DNA from: a virus
Lineage: Duplodnaviria; Caudoviricetes
Length of the DNA: 53,592 nucleotides
Direction: 5' to 3' (one strand)
IMG/VR virus record: IMGVR_UViG_3300015171_000007
Location: 1 to 53,592 of that record
Under the pieces are notes generated by a model. That model made no database searches. It was not told the origin of the DNA and saw only the letters and a list, made by a program, of their open reading frames with translations. The number at the start of each line of letters is the position of its first letter. Positions within the stretch are counted from its first letter, which is position 1. The translations under genes were made by a program, and so were the position numbers. Shown here piece by piece: positions 35,110 to 45,077 of the stretch.

Positions 35110-38100
35110 TTGGCAATTCTCCACGTTCAGTCAGTCGCGAACGCTTCATGGACAGCGGCGTCACCTGCCACCGCCGTTATCAACAACGTCGTTGTAGACA
35201 ACTCGCTCATCATGACGTTCGCCATGCTTGGCACCTCGATGACGTTCGCCTCAACGGTGGTGGACGCCACTGGCGACGTGTGGGTCAAGTTACAGCAGAC
35301 GAACCAAAACACTGCCTACAGCACGCAGGACAACGAAACATGGTGGCTGCCACACGCCAAGTTCGCGGGCACGCACACGCTCACCGTAACCTACGGCGGC
35401 ACCCCCTACGCTGCGGTCGATACCCAATACACCCTTGACGAGTTCAGCGGAATCGAGGACAAGGACAGTTCGGCAGCGGTGGTGACTGGCACGGGCACAT
35501 CTTTCTCGGCCACCACCGGGACCGCCACCGAAGTTGGCGACCTCGCCTACGTCATCGGTATCAGCCCGACGAATGGTGGCGTAAGCACTTTCCCATCAGC
35601 GCCGTGGACCAACGTCAGCGGGACCGCCTCGGCCGTAGTGAGTCTCCCTGCGTGGCAGGTGATGACTTCAAAGACTGCGGTCACAGCGACGTGGACGAAG
35701 GGCACTTCCTCGGCGTGGGCGACTCAATGGCTGCTATTCCGCCCACAGCCATTCAATAATCCGATTCAACCACCGCCCTTTAAGTTCGGCCCGCCCATCG
35801 GCCCGCCACCGCTGCGAGCATTGCTGTTCGGTCGGCCCACGCTATTCGGCGCGGGGCCGCCGAACGTCTCGCTCTCGGTCACGGCGACCGACTCCTCACT
35901 TAACGCCGACGCGGCCGTCGTCTCGAGCGCGCACCCGCGCACCGCCGCCGACGCGAGCGCGAACACGGACTCGGCCATCCATACGAGCGGACCGTACCTC
36001 CGAACCGCCTCAGACGCCTCGCTAAACGCTGACGCCGTCTTGCGCGCCTACGGACCGACTCGCACCGCGACCGACTCGAGCCTCAACGCTGATGTCGCGT
36101 CGAGCACGCGCAACCTCGGCCGCACGGCAACCGACTCGAGCGTGAACACAGACTCGGCGTCGCGCCTTCCCGCCGCTATCGCTCGGCTCGCCGTTGACGC
36201 AAGTCTCAACACCGACGTCGCGTCGAGCACGCGCTCGACCGTACGGACCTCGAGCGACTCGTCGCTCAACTCCGACTCGTCGGTCCGCTCGAACGGTCCC
36301 TACCTCCGTACCTCGAGCGACGCCTCGCTCAACGGTGACTCGGCGACGCTGGCCGCGCTCGCGCTCTCGAGGTCGGCCTCGGACGCCTCGGTCAACTCTG
36401 ACGTCGCCGCCCGGACCCGAACCACCCCGAGGACGTCGACAGACGCCTCGGTCAACGTAGATTCGGCCACGAGAGGGCCGCAAACGGCCCAAAGGACCGC
36501 CTCGGACGCCTCGGTCAACGCTGACGCCGCACTACGGCTGTTAGGGCCGTCTAGGGCCGCTACGGACGCCTCGGTTAATGCCGACTCGGCGACCGCTCAG
36601 CGGACCCTCGGGCGGGTCGCGACCGACTCCTCGATTAACACCGACCTCGCGAGCCGCGCCGCGCAGACCGCGAGCCGCTCGGCGGCGGACTCAAGCACGA
36701 ACGCCGACACCGCGACCCGGGCCATCTCGCTCTCGCGCCTCTCGAGCGACTCGTCGACGAACATCGACTCTGCGAACCGCTCGACGCTCTCGCTCACGCG
36801 CGTAGCGGCGGACTCGAGCAACAACACCGACTCGGCCAGTCGCGCGCAGGCGGTCACGAGGTCATCGACCGACTCCTCGGCGAACACCGACTCGGCCACG
36901 CGCGCCGCTCAATCCTTCGCTCGAGTCGCGGCCGACTCGTCTCTCAACTCGGACATCGCATCGAGGAGCGCGACCTTCGTGCGCGGGTCGACCGACTCGT
37001 CGGTCAACACCGACAGCGCGGCTCGAAGTATTCCCGTGACGCGAACCTCGTCGGACGCCTCGAGTAACAGCGACGCGGCAACGCGCGCGACGGCCATCGC
37101 GAGAGTGTCCGCCGATACGTCGGTGAACGCGGACGCCGCGTCTCGGTCCGTCGCTCCGTCGCGGTCCTCCTCGGACGCCTCGGTCAACTCGGACATCGCG
37201 TCTCGGACGGCCGAGTCGTTCTCACGCTCGGCGACCGACGGCTCGACCAATACCGATACCGCAACGCGCTCGGCGAGTCGGACTCGTACGAGCATCGACA
37301 CGAGCCTAAACTCGGACTCGGCATCGAGGTCGTCGCTCATATTCGCTCGCACGGCTATCGACTCGAGCGTCAACGCCGACGCCGCGCTCATCTCGAGTAC
37401 GCGCTCGAGGTCGTCGACCGACGCGAGCGTGAACACGGACTCGGCGAGCCGGTCGAACGTCTCGTGGTCGAGGTCGGCGGCGGATAGCAGCGCGAACGCC
37501 GACGTCGCCGGTCGCTCGGTCGGACCCTCTCGCTCGGCTACAGACTCCTCATCTAACACCGACGCCGCCACCCGCTCGACTCAATCGTTCGGCAGGTCGG
37601 CGACCGACCCGTCCCTCAATACTGACGTCGTGTCGCGCAGCCAAGCCGTTCTGCGCTCGGCCTCCGACGCGTCGATGAACGCCGACGCAGCCGCGAGGAC
37701 CGCGTTGAGCATTATCCGCTCGACGTCAGACACATCGCTGAACACCGACGCGGCGGGCCGCACTCGGTCGACTTCGCGAACCTCGGCCGACCTAAGCCTT
37801 AACGCCGACGTCGCGTCGCGCTCGCTCGCCCTGACGTTGCGCTCGGCCACGGACGCATCGGTCAACACCGACGCGGCGGCTGCGCTCGGCTCGAGGTCTC
37901 GTTCGGCGACCGACCTAAGCCTTAACGCTGATGTCGCGTCGCGCTCGCTCGCTCGAATAAGGTCTGCGGTCGACTCCTCGACGAACGCCGACGTCGCGCT
38001 ACGGACCGTCGGCTTTGGCAGGACCTCCGTCGACTCCGCTATCAACACCGACGTAGCGTCGCGCTCGTCGATAACGACTATCCGCGTCGCGTCGGACTCA

Positions 38101-39867
38101 AGCGTGAACGTCGACGTCGCGACGAGGCTCCGCGCATTAACGCGCACGTCGACCGACACGAGCCTGAACTCTGATTCGAGTGTTCGCTCAATCCCCGTTT
38201 CGCGAACGACCTCGGACAACAGCGTCAACACCGACGGGGTCATCCGTACTTTGAGCATCTCGAGAACCTCGAGCGATTCCTCACTCAACTCCGACTCCTC
38301 CGCTCGAACCCGCTCACTGTCCCGCATAGCGACCGACTCTAGCGTCGATACGGACTCCGCGACGGCCTCGTCGAGACACGCTCGGACGGCCTCGGATGTT
38401 TCTCTCAACGGTGACGCGGCGACCCGCACGGCGGAGTCGCTCACCCGCAGCGCCACGGACTCGAGCCTCAACGCTGATACGGCAACTCGAACCCCGTCGA
38501 TAGCGCGCTCGGCCTCGGATGTCTCGACGAACGTCGACGTCGGTACGCGGTCCCTCTCCCTCGTGAGGGCCGCGTCCGACGACTCAACGAACAGCGACGC
38601 CGCAACTCGGGTCGCGAGTGCTTCTCGCGCTACCGCTGACGCGGCGACCAATTCGGATGCGGCGACGAGGGCTCGGTTCGCCGTTCGTCTCGCCGTCGAC
38701 TCTAGCCTGAACTCGGACGTCGCGACGAGGGCTCTCACGGGCTCGAGGTCTGGCACGGACTCGTCGGAGAACACCGACTCGGTAAGCCGTGCGCTCGTCG
38801 AGGGCCGCGTCGTCTCGGACACCTCGACGAACGTCGATGCCGCCACCCGGTCAGGTGCTCCATCGCGGGCGGCGACCGACTCTAGCGCGAACGTCGACTC
38901 GGCGGCGAGGGCGCTCGGGGCCACCCGCTCGGCATCCGACGGCTCGGCCAACGCCGACGTCGCGACGCTCAGAACGGGTATCGCGCGTACTGCCGCCGAT
39001 GCCTCGCTAAACGCCGACTCAGTAGTGAGGTCGGTCTCTCTCACTCGCTCGGCAACTGACGCGAGTACGAACATCGACTCGGCGTCGAGGTCGCTCCCCT
39101 CGACGCGCAGCGCGGCCGACGCCTCGGTTAACACCGATTCGACCTCACGCACCCCGGTCGTTATTCGCAGCGCGGTCGACGCTTCTCTCAACGCCGACAC
39201 CGCGCCGAGGTCGCTCGTCGAGGCGAGGGTTGGCGTCGATACCTCGACGAACGACGACTCGGCGACCCGGTTGGTCGCTCTCGCGCGGACCTCGACGGAC
39301 TCGAGCGCGAACATCGACGCTGTCTCGAGGGCCGTCTTGTCGGCTCGCAGCGCCTCGGACGTCTCTACCAACGGCGACGTCGCCGCGCTCGGGACCAGCC
39401 TCGCTCGCTCGGCGGTCGACGCCTCACTCAACGCCGATGCCGCCCATAGGTCGCTCGCCGAGGTGCGGTCAGGCTCCGACACCTCGACGAACTACGACTC
39501 CGCCGCGCGCTCCGGGTTGGGGGCTCGCACGGCTAACGATACCTCGACGAACGACGACGTCGTGACCCGAGCCGAGGGAATCCTCCGCGCCGCCGTTGAC
39601 TCGAGTCTCAACGACGACGCGGCGACCTCGAGCATCTTCGGCGGACTGACGGCCACCGACTCGAGCACGAACAGCGACGCCGCGAGCCGTCTCGTCGCCG
39701 CGACCCGCTCGGCCTCGGACTTGTCACTCAACACCGACGTCGCCGTGATAACCGCCGCAATCATCGTCGCCGTCGCCGGAATGTACCAGCGCGCACCTCT
39801 CCCGCCCTACCGCGCGCGGACGCTCCGGCGCGGGTCAAACGGTCGCTCGTCGCCTCGTCGTCGGTGA
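35110..39867 (+). CDS. 1585-aa tandem-repeat protein (putative filament/fibre)
   Basis: ~215-aa N-domain, Pro linker, about 55-60 repeats of 22-23 aa (RxAxDxSxNxDxAxR), Arg-rich tail. Confidence 0.85.
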   Translation: MAILHVQSVANASWTAASPATAVINNVVVDNSLIMTFAMLGTSMTFASTVVDATGDVWVKLQQTNQNTAYSTQDNETWWLPHAKFAGTHTLTVTYGGTPYAAVDTQYTLDEFSGIEDKDSSAAVVTGTGTSFSATTGTATEVGDLAYVIGISPTNGGVSTFPSAPWTNVSGTASAVVSLPAWQVMTSKTAVTATWTKGTSSAWATQWLLFRPQPFNNPIQPPPFKFGPPIGPPPLRALLFGRPTLFGAGPPNVSLSVTATDSSLNADAAVVSSAHPRTAADASANTDSAIHTSGPYLRTASDASLNADAVLRAYGPTRTATDSSLNADVASSTRNLGRTATDSSVNTDSASRLPAAIARLAVDASLNTDVASSTRSTVRTSSDSSLNSDSSVRSNGPYLRTSSDASLNGDSATLAALALSRSASDASVNSDVAARTRTTPRTSTDASVNVDSATRGPQTAQRTASDASVNADAALRLLGPSRAATDASVNADSATAQRTLGRVATDSSINTDLASRAAQTASRSAADSSTNADTATRAISLSRLSSDSSTNIDSANRSTLSLTRVAADSSNNTDSASRAQAVTRSSTDSSANTDSATRAAQSFARVAADSSLNSDIASRSATFVRGSTDSSVNTDSAARSIPVTRTSSDASSNSDAATRATAIARVSADTSVNADAASRSVAPSRSSSDASVNSDIASRTAESFSRSATDGSTNTDTATRSASRTRTSIDTSLNSDSASRSSLIFARTAIDSSVNADAALISSTRSRSSTDASVNTDSASRSNVSWSRSAADSSANADVAGRSVGPSRSATDSSSNTDAATRSTQSFGRSATDPSLNTDVVSRSQAVLRSASDASMNADAAARTALSIIRSTSDTSLNTDAAGRTRSTSRTSADLSLNADVASRSLALTLRSATDASVNTDAAAALGSRSRSATDLSLNADVASRSLARIRSAVDSSTNADVALRTVGFGRTSVDSAINTDVASRSSITTIRVASDSSVNVDVATRLRALTRTSTDTSLNSDSSVRSIPVSRTTSDNSVNTDGVIRTLSISRTSSDSSLNSDSSARTRSLSRIATDSSVDTDSATASSRHARTASDVSLNGDAATRTAESLTRSATDSSLNADTATRTPSIARSASDVSTNVDVGTRSLSLVRAASDDSTNSDAATRVASASRATADAATNSDAATRARFAVRLAVDSSLNSDVATRALTGSRSGTDSSENTDSVSRALVEGRVVSDTSTNVDAATRSGAPSRAATDSSANVDSAARALGATRSASDGSANADVATLRTGIARTAADASLNADSVVRSVSLTRSATDASTNIDSASRSLPSTRSAADASVNTDSTSRTPVVIRSAVDASLNADTAPRSLVEARVGVDTSTNDDSATRLVALARTSTDSSANIDAVSRAVLSARSASDVSTNGDVAALGTSLARSAVDASLNADAAHRSLAEVRSGSDTSTNYDSAARSGLGARTANDTSTNDDVVTRAEGILRAAVDSSLNDDAATSSIFGGLTATDSSTNSDAASRLVAATRSASDLSLNTDVAVITAAIIVAVAGMYQRAPLPPYRARTLRRGSNGRSSPRRR

Positions 39868-39884
39868 AGTGTGTGACGGGATAC

Positions 39885-39912
39885 TTGACAACGTCGCACA
39901 GTCGGATAGATT
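39885..39912 (+). promoter_or_regulatory. sigma70-type promoter for the capsid operon
   Basis: TTGACA-16 nt-TAGATT. Confidence 0.6.
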
Positions 39913-40028
39913 CACCGTCAGTAAACCGAAGTCAATGGTCAATCCGTTGACAGAGGGTGCCGAGTAATTCGGTTCCTAGTAGCGCGGCGTGCGCTACGTC
40001 CGACGATTCATAAAGGAACCGAACCAAC

Positions 40029-41717
40029 ATGACACCCGAACTCGAAGAACTGCTTGCCCGAGTCGCCAACATTTCAGAGTTGAGCGGCGCCGACCTCGAA
40101 GCCCTTAAGGGCGACCTCATCGCCGCGTACGACGACGAGGACGCGAAGGAGACGACCCCGGAGAACGTGGTCGCCTGCCAGAAGTTGGTCGACGGCATGA
40201 AGGCCGTCCAATCACGGCAGGCCGAAATCGAGACCGCGCAGGCCGAGGCCGAGGCAGCGAAGGCCGAGGCCCGTAAGGTCCGCCAGTCGCTCGACGGCGA
40301 CACCGAGGACGGCGAGAACGCCGACGCGGACGCCGACGGCACCGACGAGAACGCCGACGCGGACGCCGACGCGGACGCCGTCGTTGTCGCGAGCGGCAAG
40401 GGCTCGACGTACAAGTCATCGCCGTCGCGCATGGCCCGCAAGAACGACAAGTCCGTCGTCGCGAAGGACGAGACGTCGCCACGCGCCGCGCTCGTCGCCG
40501 CCGGCAACGTCGGAGGCGTCGGCTCGGGCCACGTGTTCGAGGACCGCTACGAACTCGGCAAGACCATCTGCAACGTGCTCCGAGGGCTCTCGAAGCGACA
40601 GAGTCACGGGAACGTACTCGTCGCGAGCGCGAACTTCATCGACCTCTACCCGGCGGACCGTCGTCTCGACGACAACTTCGCGAACAACGGGCGCAAGATT
40701 GACGAGGTCGGCAGTCGTCAGGCGCTCGTCGCGTCGGGTGGCATCTGCCTCCCGGTCAACGTCGACTGGTCGCTCCCGACGTGGGCGACGCCGGAGCGTC
40801 CGTTCAAGGCCGGTCTCGCGCAGTTCGCGACGGACCACGGCGGCTTGACCTTCCGCAACCCGCCGACCGTCGCCGCGCTCGCCGCGTCGAACGGTATCTG
40901 GACCGAGGCGACGGACTTCGACCCGGGCGCGGCCGTGAAGCCCGTCCAGACCATCGCGTGCGAGACGCCGACGACGGTCTACGTCGCGGCCATCACGAAC
41001 CGCCTGCAGTTCGGCAACCTCATGAACCAGTTTGACCCCGACACCATCACGGCGAACACGGACCTCTCGGTCTCGGCGCACGCGAGGGTCGCGGAGACGA
41101 ACCTCCTGACGTTGCTCCAAGCGGCCTGCACGCTGAACATCACCTCGGCGGCGGTGCTCGGCGCGTCGCGTGACTGGTTCTCGACCATCGACAAGGTCGT
41201 CGCGAACTACCGCTACGTCAACCGGCTCAGCCCAAAGCAGTTCGTCACCATCGTCCTGCCCGAGTGGGTCAAGTCGCTCATCCGAGCCGACCGCGTGCTC
41301 GAGGCCGCGCACGACGACGCGGGCGCAGACGTGTTCGGCGTCTCGGACGCGTGGATTGACGCACAACTCCTCGTCCGCAGCATCAAAGCCATCTGGACGC
41401 TCGACGCCCTCCCGGTAGCGGGCGACGCCTCGTACCCGAGCCAGCAGTTCGCGGGCTTCGTCGCCGCGAACCCGGTCCCGGCGTTCCCGGCGAAGTTGGT
41501 GTGGAACTGCTACGTCGAGGGCTCGGTGCAGTTCCTCGACGGCGGTCTGCTCAACCTCGGCGTCGTGCGCGACGCGACCCTCGACGCGACCAACGACTAC
41601 GAGACGTTCATGGAGACGTTCGAGGGACTGGCCTACCGAGGCTTCGGAGGCGGCGCGATGCAGATTGTGTCGACCCTGACGCCCAACGGTGAGTCGTCCG
41701 GTCTGAGCGTTCACTGA
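40029..41717 (+). CDS. major capsid protein (hexamer type, with N-terminal scaffold region)
   Basis: Coiled-coil/acidic N-terminus, ALVASGGIC, LNLGVVRDATL..TNDY..F.ETFEG. Confidence 0.85.
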   Translation: MTPELEELLARVANISELSGADLEALKGDLIAAYDDEDAKETTPENVVACQKLVDGMKAVQSRQAEIETAQAEAEAAKAEARKVRQSLDGDTEDGENADADADGTDENADADADADAVVVASGKGSTYKSSPSRMARKNDKSVVAKDETSPRAALVAAGNVGGVGSGHVFEDRYELGKTICNVLRGLSKRQSHGNVLVASANFIDLYPADRRLDDNFANNGRKIDEVGSRQALVASGGICLPVNVDWSLPTWATPERPFKAGLAQFATDHGGLTFRNPPTVAALAASNGIWTEATDFDPGAAVKPVQTIACETPTTVYVAAITNRLQFGNLMNQFDPDTITANTDLSVSAHARVAETNLLTLLQAACTLNITSAAVLGASRDWFSTIDKVVANYRYVNRLSPKQFVTIVLPEWVKSLIRADRVLEAAHDDAGADVFGVSDAWIDAQLLVRSIKAIWTLDALPVAGDASYPSQQFAGFVAANPVPAFPAKLVWNCYVEGSVQFLDGGLLNLGVVRDATLDATNDYETFMETFEGLAYRGFGGGAMQIVSTLTPNGESSGLSVH

Positions 41718-41721
41718 ACCG

Positions 41722-42675
41722 ATGACGACTTCCGTCTCGGGTCTCCGAGTACCGATTAGGGCGCAATCGCCGAAGGGTCCTCAAGTTTCTTTGATGGCCT
41801 CGGCAATGAACCCCGTCGACCAAGCGTTCGACCACGCTCTCGACGCATCGCAACTCTCGGGGATGCCCGACGACCTCGTCGCGGAACTGCGAGCGGCCGA
41901 GGGTCAGGCGTGGACCCTCGGCATCTCGTACCTCCCCGAGAATCAGTCGGCGGCGACGCTTCGCGCGCCGAACGACGCCTCGACGGTCATGAACCCATTT
42001 ACTCCGCCGAACGAAGCGCGTGTGAGCGCCGACCCGTTCGCCATCATCACGAAGTTCACGTGTTCGCCGTTCGGCTTCGAGGCGCAGGACTGGAAGGGCC
42101 GCGCGACTCGTCACAACGACCTAGCGACTCCGCAGGCCATCGGCCGCGAGTTTTGGAGTGGCGTCGTCGCACAGGCGGCGGGCGCACCGACGCCGTACCT
42201 TACGAAGGCCGGTCTCGCGACCGACCTCACGCCGACACCCGGCACGGCCGTCTCGGTCGTCGCGGCGCTCGGTATCTTGCAGGACTACCTCCGACAGGGC
42301 GTAGGCGCGCAGGGCATGATTCACCTCGTACCGCGCGCCGCGCCGACGCTGCTGAACGTGCGACGGGTCGGCAAGTTCATGATGGACGAGTTCGACAACA
42401 TCGTCGTTCCCGACGTCGGCTACTCGGGCATGGGTCCCATCGGCAACACCTACGCCGACATCACCGGCCACCCCTATTCGTGGATGTTCGCGAGCGACCT
42501 CGTGAGCGTTCACGCCGAACCGACGGCTCGAGTTTTCCCCGACACGATGAGCGAAGCCGTCGACCGAGGTCAGGACGGCAACCCGAACACCGCGACGTTC
42601 TACGCAGAGAAGTTCGCGATGGCGTACTTCGACGGCTTCCGCGCGGCGTGCGTTCTCGTCGCTAACCCGACCTAA
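41722..42675 (+). CDS. second capsid protein (pentamer type)
   Basis: PFAIITKFTCSPFG, EFWSG, GMIH and GYSG motifs; directly after the major capsid gene. Confidence 0.6.
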   Translation: MTTSVSGLRVPIRAQSPKGPQVSLMASAMNPVDQAFDHALDASQLSGMPDDLVAELRAAEGQAWTLGISYLPENQSAATLRAPNDASTVMNPFTPPNEARVSADPFAIITKFTCSPFGFEAQDWKGRATRHNDLATPQAIGREFWSGVVAQAAGAPTPYLTKAGLATDLTPTPGTAVSVVAALGILQDYLRQGVGAQGMIHLVPRAAPTLLNVRRVGKFMMDEFDNIVVPDVGYSGMGPIGNTYADITGHPYSWMFASDLVSVHAEPTARVFPDTMSEAVDRGQDGNPNTATFYAEKFAMAYFDGFRAACVLVANPT

Positions 42676-42688
42676 CAAGGAGAATGAA

Positions 42689-43897
42689 ATGACCGTGAAC
42701 TCAGTACCAGCCGCCGCCTCGATATGGGCGCGAGCGACCCGCATCACGCCGCTCGACGCGCAAGGCAACATCATCACGGGCGTCAACTCGTTCGTCACCG
42801 ACACGACTGTCAAGGCGACCTTCACTCCGGTCATGGAGGCCGGTGACGACATCGCGCACAAGGGCGCCTCGGGCGACCTGCTCGTCTACGCGAAGCACGG
42901 CGACATCCCGAAGCGGTGGTCAATCTCGCTCGAACTCGGTCTCCCCGACCCGTACCTCATGGCGGCGCTCGCGGGCGGCGTGCTGCTGAACGACACCTCG
43001 GTGGCGCTCGGCGCGCCGACGGCGGCGGGCGTGGTAACCATCACGGGCGCCGGAACGATTCCGACCGGGACGCTCGACTACGCGACGTCGTGCTACAACC
43101 AGTACGGCGAGACCATCCTCTCGCCCGACGTCACCGACGCCATCACCGGCCCCGGTCACGCGGTCGTCACGCCGAACATGCTCTCGGGCTCGCTCGGCGC
43201 AATCATCTTCGGCCGGGGTATCGGCAAGTTGTACCGCATCGGCACCATCCTGAACATCGCGGCGCAGCACGCCTCCGCCGCGTCGGGCACGGTGACGACC
43301 GTCACGCTGACGGCGCTGACGCAGCCGATTCCGGCCGGGTTCTCGTTCACCATCGCGGGCGACACGAACACGCCGAAGGTCGTGTTCACGACCACCTCGG
43401 CGGCGGGAATCGGCGAGGTCATCATCTCGGTCGCCTCGGCCACCGTTGCGACGCCAATCGTGTCGGGCCTCATCGTTCCAGTGTTCGTCGACGACGGCTC
43501 GGTGACCCCGAGCGGCCTGCCGTCGCTCGTCGACAACACGGCCGGTCCCGGGGCGAACGTCGGGTGGCAGAGCGAGGCGATGGGCTCCGTCGGTAACCCG
43601 CGCGGCGTGTCACTCGAGTTCTTCTGCGACCGCATCCAGAACGGCACCGTCGCGACCGACTGGCCGTTCTTCCGCCACGTATTCCCTATGGTGAAGAACC
43701 TCCACAAGATGCCAATGGACATCACCAACGCGAACCTCGCGACAATCTTCGACGGCGACGTGTTCCAGAATCCTCACTGGGGCGCAGGCCCGACGGGTGA
43801 CTGGCAGTTCGACTCGTCGAAGGTGTACCAGTTCGCCGTCTGTGGCGCCGAAATCGTCCCGACTCCTTCGGTCGTCCCGGTCGCGGCTGAGTACTAG
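42689..43897 (+). CDS. major tail protein with internal insertion
   Basis: RITPLD..G, EAGDDI, PDPYL..LAGG and NPHWGAGP.GDW motifs; strong RBS. Confidence 0.75.
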   Translation: MTVNSVPAAASIWARATRITPLDAQGNIITGVNSFVTDTTVKATFTPVMEAGDDIAHKGASGDLLVYAKHGDIPKRWSISLELGLPDPYLMAALAGGVLLNDTSVALGAPTAAGVVTITGAGTIPTGTLDYATSCYNQYGETILSPDVTDAITGPGHAVVTPNMLSGSLGAIIFGRGIGKLYRIGTILNIAAQHASAASGTVTTVTLTALTQPIPAGFSFTIAGDTNTPKVVFTTTSAAGIGEVIISVASATVATPIVSGLIVPVFVDDGSVTPSGLPSLVDNTAGPGANVGWQSEAMGSVGNPRGVSLEFFCDRIQNGTVATDWPFFRHVFPMVKNLHKMPMDITNANLATIFDGDVFQNPHWGAGPTGDWQFDSSKVYQFAVCGAEIVPTPSVVPVAAEY

Positions 43898-43908
43898 GCG
43901 CGGTCGTC

Positions 43909-44832
43909 ATGACCGCGACCCCCGACAACGCTCCGCGTACAGGTGCGTGCGCGCCGTGGATTAACGGAGACGACCTCAAGAACGAGCCGTGGATTCGCGC
44001 GGCCATCGACCGACAACGCGCCGATGGCGACGACGCGCTCGAGAACCCGCTCACGCAGGAGCAGGTCGACGCCATCCTCGCGGAGTCGGCTGCCTCGGCG
44101 ACCGAGGCGCTCTACGCGCTGACGGCTAAGAGGTTCGCGGGCAAGTGTGGACCCGTCACGGTGCGACCCGTCGCTCGACCCGTCGACCAAGACGGTCGCG
44201 CTCGAGTGACGCGCGCGTGGTCGTATGGCGCGGTGGGCTCGGTGTCGTCGATGTTCATGGCGATTCCCGCAGTGGTCTCGAGTTACGGTCGCGAGTGGGC
44301 GCCGACGTGCGTGCTCAACAACTTCCCCATCCGAGAAATCGTCGAGGTCAAAATCGACGGAGTCATCATCCCGCCGGACGAGTACGAACTGCGCGACTAC
44401 TACAAACTCGTCCGCATCCGCCCGACGCCGTCGTTCTCGCCGACCGAGCGGTACGGGTGGCCGACGTCGCAATTGCAGGACCTACCCGACGACCAGTTCG
44501 GCACGTTCTCCGTGACCTACGTCTACGGCGCCGAGCCGGGCGCGCTCGGTCTGCGCGCAGCGGTCAAACTCGCCGAGGCGCTCGCGCTACCGCGATTCGG
44601 CGACACCTCGCACTACCCCGAGCGCATCACGTCGTTCTCGAGGCAGGGCGTCCACGCGCAGGTCGCGAGCATCGTCGACGTCCTCAAGACCGGCGGAACG
44701 GGCATCTACGAGGTCGACCTGTTCATCATGACGGTCAATCCCCGCAAGCGACGCTCGGAGACCTTAGTCTGGTCACCGGACCTCGCCTCGAACCAACGTC
44801 AACCCGGCGTACGAACACAGGAGCACCAATGA
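43909..44832 (+). CDS. head-to-tail adaptor
   Basis: LYALT..RF.G.C.VTVRP, EVKIDG, P.RITS.SRQGV and TGIYEVDLFI..VNP motifs. Confidence 0.75.
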   Translation: MTATPDNAPRTGACAPWINGDDLKNEPWIRAAIDRQRADGDDALENPLTQEQVDAILAESAASATEALYALTAKRFAGKCGPVTVRPVARPVDQDGRARVTRAWSYGAVGSVSSMFMAIPAVVSSYGREWAPTCVLNNFPIREIVEVKIDGVIIPPDEYELRDYYKLVRIRPTPSFSPTERYGWPTSQLQDLPDDQFGTFSVTYVYGAEPGALGLRAAVKLAEALALPRFGDTSHYPERITSFSRQGVHAQVASIVDVLKTGGTGIYEVDLFIMTVNPRKRRSETLVWSPDLASNQRQPGVRTQEHQ

Positions 44833-45077
44833 GCGACACGAAGATTCACCCGACCAACGCGTTCGGTCTCGACGACGAGGTCACGCGCGACCACAAGGCC
44901 AACGCCGAGAAGCGCGGCGCCGAGAAGCAAGTCCGCCAGTCGGCGCAGCGCGCGCGACGCGAGGGACGGGCCGTCACGGTTCCACGTGAAACATCGCCGC
45001 TCCGCTCGAGCGGCCAGCCCGGAGACGACAGTGAGCCGGACGTCGCAGCGCCGACACCGTCGGACGTCGATGCCTAG
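44829..45077 (+). CDS. hypothetical protein (contains parS, read as VPRET)
   Basis: RBS AGGAG, ATGA coupling. Confidence 0.55.
   Translation: MSDTKIHPTNAFGLDDEVTRDHKANAEKRGAEKQVRQSAQRARREGRAVTVPRETSPLRSSGQPGDDSEPDVAAPTPSDVDA
44978..44993. promoter_or_regulatory. parS-like site
   Basis: GGTTCCACGTGAAACA, 15/16 match to TGTTNCACGTGAAACA. Confidence 0.7.

Noticed and set aside
37581-39482. 633-aa repetitive minus-strand ORF
   Set aside because: Antisense mirror of the repeat protein
35870-39750. Possible CRISPR array or DNA-level repeat array (66-69 nt period)
   Set aside because: Repeats are degenerate at synonymous positions and stay in frame; conservation is at protein level and no cas operon is present
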